A stretch of DNA of 64,000 nt from the NCBI RefSeq assembly GCF_006345805.1, contig NC_043003.1, positions 57,474,001 through 57,538,000 on the forward strand. Reading direction: 5' to 3'. Positions within the stretch are counted from its first letter, which is position 1. The number at the start of each line of letters is the position of its first letter. Under the pieces are notes generated by a model, which was not told where the DNA came from, made no database searches, and saw only the letters and a program-made list of their open reading frames with translations. Positions 52,535 through 64,000 of the stretch are shown one piece after another. Made by a program: the position numbers and the translations under genes. The stretch comes from Octopus sinensis (taxonomy: Eukaryota).

Positions 52535-53288
52535 TAACTGACAAATAAAACGGCGAACAGAAGAGTAACACAATTTGAAATTAGTAAGCATAATGGAATT
52601 ACGTAGATAATATGAGAAACGGTGAATAGTAAGCGATTCCGAAGTGTAGTCAAAAAGGCGACTACTCGATACGTAATAGTTACAGCACTGGAATATCGCC
52701 AGTACGCATGTCTCTCTTTTGTAATTTACATCTAATATCATTCATTACAGAGAGGCTGACAGACACACTCTCTCTGTCTCTCTATGTCTGTCTCTCTCTG
52801 TCTCTGTCTCTCTCTGTCCCTGTCTATCTCTCTCTCTCTCACACACACACACAGATACTCACACATAGACCTCCTACACACAAAGATACTTACATATTAA
52901 CCCCACACCAATATTACGTTTGTATGTGTGTGTGTATGTACACCCCAGCATGGCCGCAGTCTAATGAATGAAACAAGTAAAAGATACCTATGTGTGTGTG
53001 TTTGTGTGTGTGTATATATACATGGGTATGTATACATGTGCATGTAAGAGATAGAGAGAGAGAGAAGCGAGAGTGTGCATGTGTGTCAGTTTGTGTGCGC
53101 GTGTGTATATATAATACATATATGTATGCATACAACAAACATATATTTATGTATGTATCTACCTATCTATCAATCTATGAGTCTATATACATGCATGTAT
53201 ATATGTACACATACACACACACATATATACACACATAAAAACTCGTCTTAGCAAATATGTGTACGAGTGAAAGAAGAGAGAGACAACC

Positions 53289-53332
<44 letters not shown>

Positions 53333-54995
53333 TCAGAGGGAAGAATAACTAAGGTATATCTAATATCCATTTGTAGCTCAATACTTTTAATATTATTTAA
53401 CAGACACCAAAGAGCCGTTGCCCTTGTTTGAACAATCAATTGATGTCGTCTGCTCTTGCGATTGCTTATACCGTTGGAATAACGTTGTTATTTTTGCTCT
53501 GGTTTATTGTTGTTATTGATGTCGCTGTCGCCGGAGTTATTGTTGATGTATTTGATGACGTTGTACTTGAAACCGTTGCTGTTCTTTAATATCATTACTA
53601 TTACTACAATCATGTATGCATTCGTTCCGTTCGAGGTTTACTACATCATCAAAGTGCACATCCGTATTTCTGCGATTGTATGTTGCGGTATTAATTTTTT
53701 TGGAAACGTAGACTTGTTTTATTAATGTTATATATATTGTGCTTTGTTCTGTTTATTCTTTTATTAATATTTATTTTTGATGTTCCCGTATATTATTAGT
53801 AAAATATATTTTTAAAGGCCAAATTAGTTTAAAGAAAAATATTACGTTGTGAGCTTAGAGGAAAAGTTAATATATTTTGCTATGAATAAACTAGAAATTG
53901 AGAATTTTTGTTTGTTTTGTTGTTTCTGGTGTTATATTTGTGTTAAGCCTGTGTGTCTTGTAATAGAATATCTGCGACGGAAGTTGTGCTATTTTGCTAT
54001 GCAGTAATTGTTCTTTCAAATTAAGTTGTAGTATATATTTTAGCGTTAGGTGGCAGTTAATTACGTTGAACGTGTCGCTGAGGTATTTGTTGCGTGACAA
54101 TTGTATAAAATAGGGGAAGGCATATCTGCGTGGTTAAGAAGATCGCTTTGAAACCATGTGTTTTCGGGTTAAGTTCCACCGCGTGGCACCTTCATCAGGT
54201 GTCTTCTACATTCTAGTATATACCCGAGCCAGCCAATGCCTTGTGAGTGAATTTAGTAGATAGAAACTGAGTGGAATCCAGTCTCTCTAGCAAGGTTTTA
54301 TTTCCTGCATGCACTCCCACCCGTGTTGTATGTAAATTTTCTTCCTGTGTTGCCAAATATTAAATAATTCCCAAGTTAATTAAGTAAAGACACGTGCCAT
54401 CTCCACAATAGCGAATTCTGTCAGCATCGTGTTAGTCCAGCAATATTATCGAAGTTACACGTCTCTGGTAACTTGAAAATAAGTGTTACTTATATCATTT
54501 ACATTATGTAACTAACAATCACCTTAAGTTAACGAAACGTATGTGAGATGCAACTAAATATAAACAATCTCGCATGTTTTGTCTTGTTTTTACATTTGTG
54601 CTGCGTTATATTCAAACACAGGATTCATATCAAAGGACATTATTAAAAAACAAGAATGGAAACACGCTCCTGAACACTGATTATTTGTCGCACAATTTAA
54701 TGCTGAATTATTTGTATAAATATATACATATATATGTATAAATGTATATGAGTATATGACTATATAAGTATATACATATATAGATATATACACCTAGCTA
54801 TGTACATTATATGTATGCATTTATATATCTGTATATATACATGAATGCTTACAAACATGTATGTGTGTGTGTTTGTGCGTGTGTGTGTTTCACTATGAAT
54901 TTGTTCTGCAAAAGAAAAAAATTGAATAAAATAAAACAAAGTTAAACACACAATTCAATAACTCAATAAAATGTTATAATTGAATGGAGCACAAG

Positions 54996-55026
<31 letters not shown>

Positions 55027-55247
55027 ATTTCTCTTATTTAAGGGCAGGGTATGGTCGAGGGACAATGCAAAGACAGACATAAAGTGTGGGGTTTTATACA
55101 TAATGAAATGATAAAATGATAATAAATAAATAACAAAAAAGAAAAAAGGATTATACAGAGTATACAATGAAAAGGAAGCGGAATATGCAGAATATACGAA
55201 GAAAAAACAAAAAAGAAATGATAGCGATGTAGTCCTCCTGATACAAG

Positions 55248-55271
<24 letters not shown>

Positions 55272-55294
<23 letters not shown>

Positions 55295-55600
55295 TGTTCC
55301 TGTTATTGTAGGTGCCCTACGTATGATAAAAAGATGTATGTCAGAAACATCTATATGAGATCCCAGGAGAACCATATGTCAGAGAAATCCAAACGGTTGT
55401 GCTGACACGTACTTCCAACATCTTTAGAAAAAAACCCTATCAATTCAAACGTCTGTGTTGTATTACAAGAAGATATTTCGCTACTGCCCCTGCCACTTCC
55501 CCTTCTCCCCAAGATTTCAGTCATACTATAAGATTTCTAATCCTTCACTCGCCCTAGGACGCTGGGTGTGTCTTGGCAAGGGACTGTAACAAACATGCAC
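55272..55600 (+). mobile_element. R4/Dong-like LINE extreme 3' end between (AAT)n tracts
   Basis: VPVIVGALRMIK remnant plus a short 3' UTR, flanked by (AAT)n and (AAC/AAT)n. Confidence 0.6.
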
Positions 55601-55758
55601 ATTAAAAGTAAACAACAACAACGACAATAATAATGATAATAATAATAATAATAATAATAGTAGTAGTAATAGTAATAATAATAATAATAATAATAGTAAT
55701 AGTAATAATAATAATAATAATAATAGTACTAATAGTAATAATAATAATAATAGTAGTA

Positions 55759-55796
<38 letters not shown>

Positions 55797-57029
55797 TATA
55801 TTTATACACTCATACATGCATATGCATAGCCTATGAATAAAGATAATGATGTTATAATTTCCGAAGTCTGAAATTATAGGATACATTATCTGTTGTCAGT
55901 ATTTAGTATTGGAAATTTTATGTGAACGAAGATTAACTCAGGATGAGTTTAAGCTTGATGATAAATTGGATTTAATTTATAAAAATGGAAGAAAAAAATA
56001 TGTGTAATGTGTGATGCGTCTATTCAAACAATTTAAAGAAACAAGTACTATGGCGGAAAATAACTAATATGTAATAAAAAAAAAACAAAAAAAACAATAA
56101 ATGTATCATATAAAGTAAAGTAGAATTAGTTGACTATGGTGGTAATTTATAAAGTAATGGATTGTGAATCGGTATTAGAATTTTCTGTGTGAGAATATAA
56201 ATTGATGTGTTCGTAGGAGTTGATAATTTTGATGGGGTAATCGAGAAGTCCGTATTAATAAGCTGGAAGAAAAATACGTTAAGCTTCAAAAGCAATATTT
56301 CAGAGAGTAACGTACAAATTTAATTTAACTGCTGTTAAACTGAAGAAATAGTAATTAAATGATGTGTTGTCACTAAATTGGTTAAATGCTAGAAGATGAT
56401 GCTGTTAATAAATTATGCTATGTTATTCGTCGTACCCCAATGACCCGAATATAAATCAATAAAGTAACAATTTGCTTTAGTCGACAACTGTCTAACACCA
56501 GACAGTCTGGTATCAACAAACGTACCTGTACCAACAACTTTATCATAGTGGTTACTAATAGTTTCATGTGGAGGCGATCAACACGCCGCCATTTCTACGC
56601 AATTCCAGTTTCACAGGAATATAATTTGTAAAGAAAATATTTTTTTGTTTCTGTTAGAGTGCATAGCTTCTATTTTTTCCTTTAAAAATATACCAAATCT
56701 AACGAGCAGTTGTGACAAATAAATACATGAGAAATAGCTCAAAAATATAAAAGAAAAGATCGATTGATAGACAAAAAATACGGGCAAATGAACTGTGAAT
56801 ACATTTAAAAAATATTTATAGACGCAGGCATGGCTGTGTGGTTAAGATGTTCGTTTTACAACCAAATGGATTTAGGTTCAGTTCCACTGCGTGGGTAAGT
56901 GTCTTCTACTATAGTTCCTGGTCGACCAATGCCTTCAGAGTGGATTTGATCGACGGAAATTGTGTGGACGCCCATCACATAAACTGACCCCAAGATTCCG
57001 AGTTCAATTCCAGGCAGTGCCTCGAATTG

Positions 57030-57076
<47 letters not shown>

Positions 57077-57077
<1 letters not shown>

Positions 57078-57500
57078 CTAATACAATAGAAATTAAGGCC
57101 AACAGGCCAGATATAGTTGTAAGAGATGATGAAGAAAAGAAATGCTTTCTAATTGATGTATCAATACCAGCAGATGACAACTTTCCTTAAAAGAAATGGA
57201 GAAACTTTCAAAATACAAAGACATGGAAATAGAGGTAACCCGAATGTAGAATCTAAAAACAAAAACAATTCCTATCATAGTAGGTGCATTAGGCATGATA
57301 AAAAAATATTCAGACAAATACATAACAAAAACACCAGGACTTACAAACACATATAACATACAGAAAATTGCACTACTGGACACTGCACACATCCTACGCA
57401 AAACATTTTCAATACAGTAACCATCAGAGCATCACAACAAATCACAGCACATACCCAAGGCACACAGAGCTGCGCTCGGTAGTGAAGTGAAATCACGCTA
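57077..57500 (+). mobile_element. R4/Dong-like LINE 3' fragment (RLE domain) in (AAT)n
   Basis: IKANRPDIVVRDDEEKKCFLIDVSIPADDN (frameshift) KEMEKLSKYKDMEIE...IPIIVGALG...IQKIALLDTAHILRK, stop at 57418-57420; (AAT)n on both sides. Confidence 0.9.
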
Positions 57501-57506
57501 TAATAA

Positions 57507-57538
<32 letters not shown>

Positions 57539-57545
57539 CAACAAC

Positions 57546-57710
57546 ATAAAAAATACCTTAGGAATGAGAACCCATTGTTGGGTTCAAAATTCCACCAGGA
57601 CACCTGATAAAACCCGGAGAGTAAATCAGCCAAAACGTCGTGGTAACAACAAAAAAGATGAGGACACATATCCGTCCAATGTAATCAATGTAAATAATGT
57701 ATAAATATAA
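57546..57710 (+). mobile_element. Short HHR-bearing element, decayed copy (same family as 62640-62765)
   Basis: aaataccttaggaatgagaa...gacac-CTGATAA-...tcagcc-AAAAC-GTC-gtg; core mutated at G8 and G12. Confidence 0.65.
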
Positions 57711-57926
57711 ATATATGTGTATCAGTGGTGATTCCGGCACTCGGGCTATTCGGGCTTAGCCCGAGTATAAATTTAGTAAAGTGAACGTGTAATTTGCAAG
57801 CTGATTAAAATTCTGCTAACATTGACTTCAAGTATGTAATTGCAACCAATAACTCGGGTTCCTTTTATTCAGCCTGGTCGCAGTTTATTTATTTTCGTTC
57901 AGCGTCGTAGGGGTACACTGCGTCAA

Positions 57927-58317
57927 GGTGGAGGCGCAATGGCCCAGTGGTTAGGGCAGCGGACTCGCGGTCATAGGATCGCGGTTTCGATTCCCAGACC
58001 GGGCGTTGTGAATGTTTATTGAGCGAAAACACCTAAAAGCTCCACGAGGCTCCGGCAGGGGATGGTGGTGATCCCTGCTGTACTCTTTCACCACAACTTT
58101 CTCTCACTCTTACTTCCTGTTTCTGTTGTACCTGTATTTCAAGGGGCCGGCCTTGTCACTCTCTGTGTCACGCTGAATATCCACGAGAACTATATTAAGG
58201 GTGCACGTGTCTGTGGAGTGCTCAGCCACTTACACGTTAATTTCACAAGCAGGCTGTTCCGTTGATTCGGATCAACCGGAACGCTCATCGTCGTAACCGA
58301 CGGAGTGCTTCCATTCC
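57927..58317 (+). mobile_element. SINE family C, full length with 12-bp TSD
   Basis: TSD acactgcgtcaa at 57915-57926 and 58318-58329; tRNA-like A and B boxes. Confidence 0.95.
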
Positions 58318-58770
58318 ACACTGCGTCAAAAAATATCATTCGTAGCAGACGTTCTCTCGATATCGTTCACACGCTCCTGACACAGACTCAGAAGTTACTG
58401 CCCGAGTTCTTATCTATAAACGTAAAAATTAATAATTCAAATTCTATGTTGTCTTGAAATAATAAATTTCTATAGAGATTAGGATTTAAATTCTAATCTA
58501 TGAAAAGTTTCCATTCGACAATATTCTTAAAGGAACGAAAATTTATCCAGCAACTCGGGCTAATACGAACGAGCCTGGTAGGTGTCTAGAGCTAACTCGC
58601 ATCTCTTTTCAAGAGTACTGGCGACAGTCAGATCGTTGATGTTTGTTGTGCACTCCGCTGTCGTTATTTCGTTACTGTTGTTCTGTGCGTCTGTGTGTAA
58701 AGATTAGTTGTGTTTCGTAGGGTTGCTTTATTTTTACCCTTAACTTAGAAATGGAGAAAGACATACTCAG

Positions 58771-59121
58771 GGAAGCACTTCGTCGGTTACGACGATGAGG
58801 GTTCCGGTTGATCCGAATCAATGGAACAGCCTGCTTGTGAAATTAACGTGTAAGTGGCTGAGCACTCCACAGACACGTGCATCCTTAATGTAGTTCTCGG
58901 GGATATTCAGCGTGACACAGAGAGTGACAAGGCCGGCCCCTTGAAATACAGGTACAACAGAAACAGGAAGTAAGAGTGAGAGAAAGTTGTGGTGAAAGAG
59001 TACAGCAGGGATCACCACCATCCCCTGCCGGAGCCTCGTGGAGCTTTAGGTGTTTTCGCTCAATAAACACTCACAACGCCCGGTCTGGGAATCGAAACCG
59101 CGATCCTATGACCGCGAGTCC
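58771..59121 (-). mobile_element. SINE family C, 5'-truncated and inverted relative to 57927-58317
   Basis: About 8 differences over about 350 bp, counted by eye. Confidence 0.95.
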
Positions 59122-59963
59122 TTTCTTGGTCTGAAAAACATACTACTAGATATAAAAATAAGCCATTTGTGGGTGAGAAACAAAGCGGGAAAACGTGAAA
59201 TTTTTCAAGCAGGCATGTGACTTATGTGAAATCTATGATGAGCTCCCGAGTGACGAAATCTGTAATGAGGCCAAGTGGCGCTGAATATCTGGAGTCACCG
59301 TTGATGTGTGCGTGTGTAGTTATGTGCGTGGGTGGGCATACGTGCGTGTATGTATACCTTTTGTCTTTTACTTGTTTCAGTCATTAGACTGCGGCCGTGC
59401 TGGAGCACCGCTCTGAAGAATTTATTTAGTTGTATGTATCGACCACGGTACTTATTTCTTAAAAGCCTGGTACTTATTCTATCGGTCTATTTTGCCGAAC
59501 CGTTAAGTTACGGGGTCGTAAACACACCAGCACCAGTTGTCGAGCGGTGGTGGATGAACAAATACAGACACAAAGACACACGCTTGCGCACACACACACA
59601 CATACACGCACACATATACATATTTACGACGGGTTTCTTTCAGTTTCCGTCAACCAAATCCTCTCACAATACTTTGTTCGGTCATGGGCTATAATAGAAA
59701 ACGCTTGCCCTAGGGGCCACCCAGTGGAACTGAACCGGGGTCCATGTGTCTGGGAAGCAAGCCATGTTGCTACACAGCCATGTTACTACACAGCCATGTC
59801 CATATGTATGATATATATATATATATATGTATATGTAAAAAAATACAAACTGGGACAAGAACGCAAAACATTTAGAAGACGATACAAAAAACACGGACGG
59901 GACATTCGAAGCCTTCAATCTTCAGTCAAGAACCGGATCAGCCTCGCAATTTCGGCTGATATA

Positions 59964-60346
59964 TCTCTCTCTATATAAACGGCAGTTTGACTGTGCGTGT
60001 TTCTGTGTGTCTGTTTGCTTGTACCCTCACCCTGACCACGGCTTTCAACCGATTCTGATGAAACTTGACACACACATAGCCCAATGTCATAATTCAAAAC
60101 TAACGCAGCGAAAATTTTGATAAGTTCCCCCAGTTCTGAAAAAAATCGATAAATTCGACATGGGGTCGAGAATCAGAAACACAAACCGCAAACTGTCTAG
60201 GGGACGCAACTCCACCTTTTTTTACTCTCAAAAAAAATTTACCATCATTTTTTCCATTTCTTTGCTATTTTTTGGCTATAACTCTCTAAAAATGCTTTAT
60301 AGTTATTTCCCTTACAAACCTGAGCAACGCCGGGCGATACTGCTAG
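59964..60346 (+). mobile_element. Non-autonomous Helitron
   Basis: A^TC 5' end, ctgagcaacgccggg subterminal hairpin and CTAG^T 3' end, no TSD. Confidence 0.85.
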
Positions 60347-60731
60347 TATATATATATATGTATGTGTGTGTGCGTGTGCGCGTTTGTCTCCGGCACCGTT
60401 TAACGACCAGTAATGGTTTGTTTACGTCCTTGTACAGTATTAGTTTGGCAAAGAGAGACCGATAGAACAAGAACCAGATTTTTAAAAAATACTTATTTTT
60501 AAGTAGAAGGCAGTGACCCCAGCATGGCCGCAGACCAATGACTAAAATTAGTCCGGTCCAGGAATCGAAACCACAATCTTACAATCATGATGCTGACACC
60601 CTAACCACTAAGCTATGCTCCTCCACATAATCATTATCATGCCTACTAATTGTTTTTTGTCTAAGGGACAAAAATATGCCATGTTTTTAAAACTATTTTG
60701 AATATAGACGTAGGAGTATCTGTGTGGTAAG

Positions 60732-61451
60732 AACGGGTTATCTCAGCAGGGAGGTGATGTGCCGACTGCATGTCCCGAAGTTGTGCCACCCACGGTGGAA
60801 GAAACCACCCCCACCCTTAAAGATGATCAATTAATTATCTTTTTCTACAAGGGCGGGGAGGTGGAAAAAATAGTAGAACTTAAAGAAACAGTAGATATGC
60901 CCTTCACACGGGATCCCGAATGGCCTCCGCAGATAGCTGTGGAGGTCATAAGGTTTCCCTTGTGGGAAAGGCTTAAAGGATTTGGGGAGGAGTGTCGCAT
61001 ATGGCCGGGTGGCCCTTACACGACTTACATGTCCTACATGAGTGAGGCATGGGAAATGGCGGGATACAGGAACTCAAGCGTTATTGAAGATAATGATGAA
61101 TATATCGATGGATATATCGAAGAGTAGGAGATGAAAGACCCTCGTTACAGAGTTTGAAACCTCACCTTATTGGACTATTTTGTTGTGGTTTATAACCTCA
61201 ATTTTGTGTTTTAAGAAAGAAAAAAGAAAATATGTTAAGTAAGAGGTTTTAGTGTCTCCTCCTTGTAAAAGGTTCGAAACCTTATATTGATTTTTAAAAA
61301 AAAAGAAGAAAATATGTTTTCGAGAAAAATCCAATCGGCGGGTGTTGAGTTTCGTCTCTCATTTATTCATTATAATTCATTTTCATTCATTAATGTGTTT
61401 GTCCAGCCCGCAAAGCTCTTTGTATTGTCTATATGACAAATTTATGAAATA
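60732..61451 (+). other. 720-bp insert in a SINE A head, with an open frame (60732-61127) and a UTR-like tail
   Basis: SINE split as gtggtaag | insert | (aag)tagcttgcttaccaacc; the frame is open from the junction to TAG at 61125-61127 (131 codons); AATAAA at the 3' junction. Confidence 0.7.
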
Positions 61452-62671
61452 AAGTAGCTTGCTTACCAACCACATAGTTCCGGGTCCAGTCCCACTGCGT
61501 GGCACCTTGGGCAAGTGTCTTCTACTATAGCCTCGGGCCGACCAATGCCTTGTGATCATTTTATTTATTAATCTGTATTACCACACACACACACAAAACC
61601 AAAGGCACGCACGCGCACACACACATATACACACATACACGTTCTATTGAGTGGTTTGCACTTTTGGTACTGTAATGAAGCCATATAATACATACCTATA
61701 TACATATTTATATGTATATATACGTATATATCATTATATATATATGTGTGTGTGTGTGCGAGTGTGTGTGTATATATGTATGTATATATATATATATATA
61801 TATATATGTCGCTCTTTGTGTACATATATACATATATATATGTGTGTGTGTGTATATATTTATATGTATATATATATGTATTTATGTGATGTATATGTGT
61901 GTATGTATGTGTGTATGCACGCCTATCTTTGCATAGAATGTTCTCTCAATATTTCTTCTTTCTTTCCTTCGTTTTGCTCTATCCTTCATTATCTACTCCA
62001 TCCACACCCTTTCATACTACTCAGCCAATCTCTAGACGTGTGTAATGTAATAAACAAACAGACAAAACAAAAACTAAACAAAAACGAAAGAAAACAGAAA
62101 CAAAAATGAAAAGCAAAACCATCAACCTCACTCGTTGCGACCGACACATAATTCACGTACAAATGACCATCTCCGAAATCATTAATTTGTTATCCATGGT
62201 TCATTGGTCCGTATTCTCACTCCTACGATCACTGAAAATCACTACTGACAAACACATTAGTTTTCTGTGTTCTTGGTTTTGAAAAAAAAAAAAAAAAAAA
62301 AATGGCAGCACGGTCTTGTCTTTCATTCGCCATTTTTTTTTGTCGTTATTTTGTCGCCGCAGCAGCAGCGACATCTACAGCAACAGTATTAGTGTAAGCA
62401 AGCATAGTATCATCATCATCATTATCATAGCAACGGTAATAGTAGCGACAAAAACTGCCGAAAAAGCACTAAAAGCAACAATGTCCGCTGCAATAACCAC
62501 AATTACATCGACAGTTGTATAGGAAGTTTGCTAGTGGTGGCAGTGTTGATATTGCTGTTGTAGTTGTTATTGTTGCTGCAGTAATAATTACTAGTATGAC
62601 AACTGGTGCACTTAGTTCAACATCGAAACAAATTATTTACATTATTTACATTTAACGGATATTTGTCCTCT

Positions 62672-62717
62672 AACACAACGTTTCGGCTGATATACCCACC
62701 AGACTTCATCAGGTGTT
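62672..62717 (-). ncRNA. Minimal type I hammerhead ribozyme motif (host element about 62640-62765)
   Basis: AACAC-CUGAUGA-A-GUCUG-GUGGGUAUAU-CAGCC-GAAAC-GUU-GUGUU; 5-bp stem I, stem II with one mismatch, ACGU palindromic stem III. Confidence 0.75.
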
Positions 62718-63086
62718 TTGGGGAAATTTTTAACCTGGATTCTTATTCCTAAGGTATTTTCAATGTTATTATTATCATTATTATTATTATTATTGTTATT
62801 ATTATTATTATTATCATTATTTATTCTCTACTCTTTTAATTGTTTCAGTCATTTGACCGTGGCCATGCTGGAGCACCGCCTTTAGTCGAGCAAATAGACC
62901 CCAGGTACAGCAGGGATCACCACCCCCTGCCGGAGACTCGTGGAGCTTTAAGGTGTTTTCGCTTAATAAACACACAATGCCCGGTCTGGGAATCGAAACC
63001 GCGATCCTACGACCGCGAGTTCGCTGCCCTAACCACTAGGCCATTGCGCCGCCACGTATATTATATATATATATATATAATATATA

Positions 63087-63139
<53 letters not shown>

Positions 63140-63282
63140 CTATATATACATATATATATATATTACATATACATATATATATATATCCATATATATAATA
63201 TATATATATATATCTACTATATATATATATACATATATATACATATATATATATATACATATTATAATATATATATATAATA

Positions 63283-63323
<41 letters not shown>

Positions 63324-63481
63324 TACATATATATTATATATAATATATAAGATATATATATATATAATATATATATATATATAACGGGAAGCTTTATGAA
63401 AATAAACAAAAGACGAAGGCAGGTGGAAAACAAACGAACAATTGTATTAGTATGGCGCTCAGGAAATATAAATAAAACAAG

Positions 63482-63519
63482 TCTTTAACGTTTCGAGCCT
63501 ACGCTCTTCAACAGAAAGA
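63482..63519 (-). ncRNA. HHR-like motif with CUGUUGA core (copy C; host repeat about 63383-63560)
   Basis: UCUUU-CUGUUGA-A-GAGC-GUAG-GCUC-GAAAC-GUU-AAAGA. Confidence 0.7.
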
Positions 63520-63701
63520 TACACGAGAGAAAAACACAGAAAGAAGGAGAGAAAAAAAAATGCGTGCAGTAGCTAACGAATCAACATGGCGATCTGATTT
63601 CGGCCAGAGGTCAAAGATCAAACATGAGACGCGAGAGCGAAATAAGGGGAGATAATAGGGTTGATAAACGGGTTGAGGGACCAGCTAAAAGTGCGTGGAG
63701 G

Positions 63702-64000
63702 GGTGCCTGGATGTGTGTATGTATAGGGTTGGTGTATGTATTAGTATGTATAAGGGTGTGTGTGTGTGTGTGTGTGGTATGAGAGAGTATTAGTGCGTAA
63801 GATGGTCTGGACGTGCGTATGTATGGGGTTGGTGTATGTATTAGTATGTATTAGTATGATTAGTACGTATTGGTATGTATAGGTGGTGTGTGTGTGTGTG
63901 AGAGAGTATAAGTGCGTATGCGGGTCTGGACGTGTGTATGTATTGGGTTGGTGTAAGTATTAGTATGTACTAGTATGTATTAGTACGTATTAGTATGTAT
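63702..64000. repeat. Minisatellite, about 100-120-bp unit, three copies, running off the window
   Basis: Repeated (g)tctggacgtg..tatgtat.gggttggtgtatgtattagtatgta at about 63704, 63803 and 63922. Confidence 0.75.

Noticed and set aside
57927-58000. tRNA-like sequences at SINE heads
   Set aside because: A and B boxes are present, but there is no complete cloverleaf and the sequence runs on into SINE bodies; not tRNA genes.
60050-60070. CTGATGA inside the Helitron; also at 7019, 31356 and about 48030
   Set aside because: No downstream GAAA or pairing; the 7-mer is expected by chance.

Overview
AT-rich, intergenic or intronic-looking eukaryotic DNA made almost entirely of microsatellites and transposable-element debris. 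The tRNA-headed SINE families and repeat landscape suggest an octopus/coleoid cephalopod genome (inference, no search run). No host protein-coding gene is recognisable, and most ORFs in the track are translations of (TA)n, (CA)n, (TATG)n, (GATA)n and (AAT)n tracts. Supported content: several mariner/Tc1 copies and MITEs, hAT and pogo/Tigger MITEs, non-autonomous Helitrons, RTE-clade LINE fragments, R4/Dong-like restriction-like-endonuclease (RLE) LINE fragments, several in (AAT)n, a deleted Ty3/Gypsy element (LTR, tRNA-Ser PBS, gag, protease, integrase), three SINE families and a 100-N gap. The most notable signal is five distinct families of minimal type I hammerhead-ribozyme (HHR) motifs of the Penelope-like-element type. 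One family carries a non-canonical core (CUGUYGA) in all three copies, one is a tandem HHR dimer in a fold-back element, and one lies in the loop of a perfect 63-bp inverted repeat. An orphan 720-bp insert with an open frame also interrupts a SINE at 60732-61451. All structures were read by eye; no ribozyme activity is shown.
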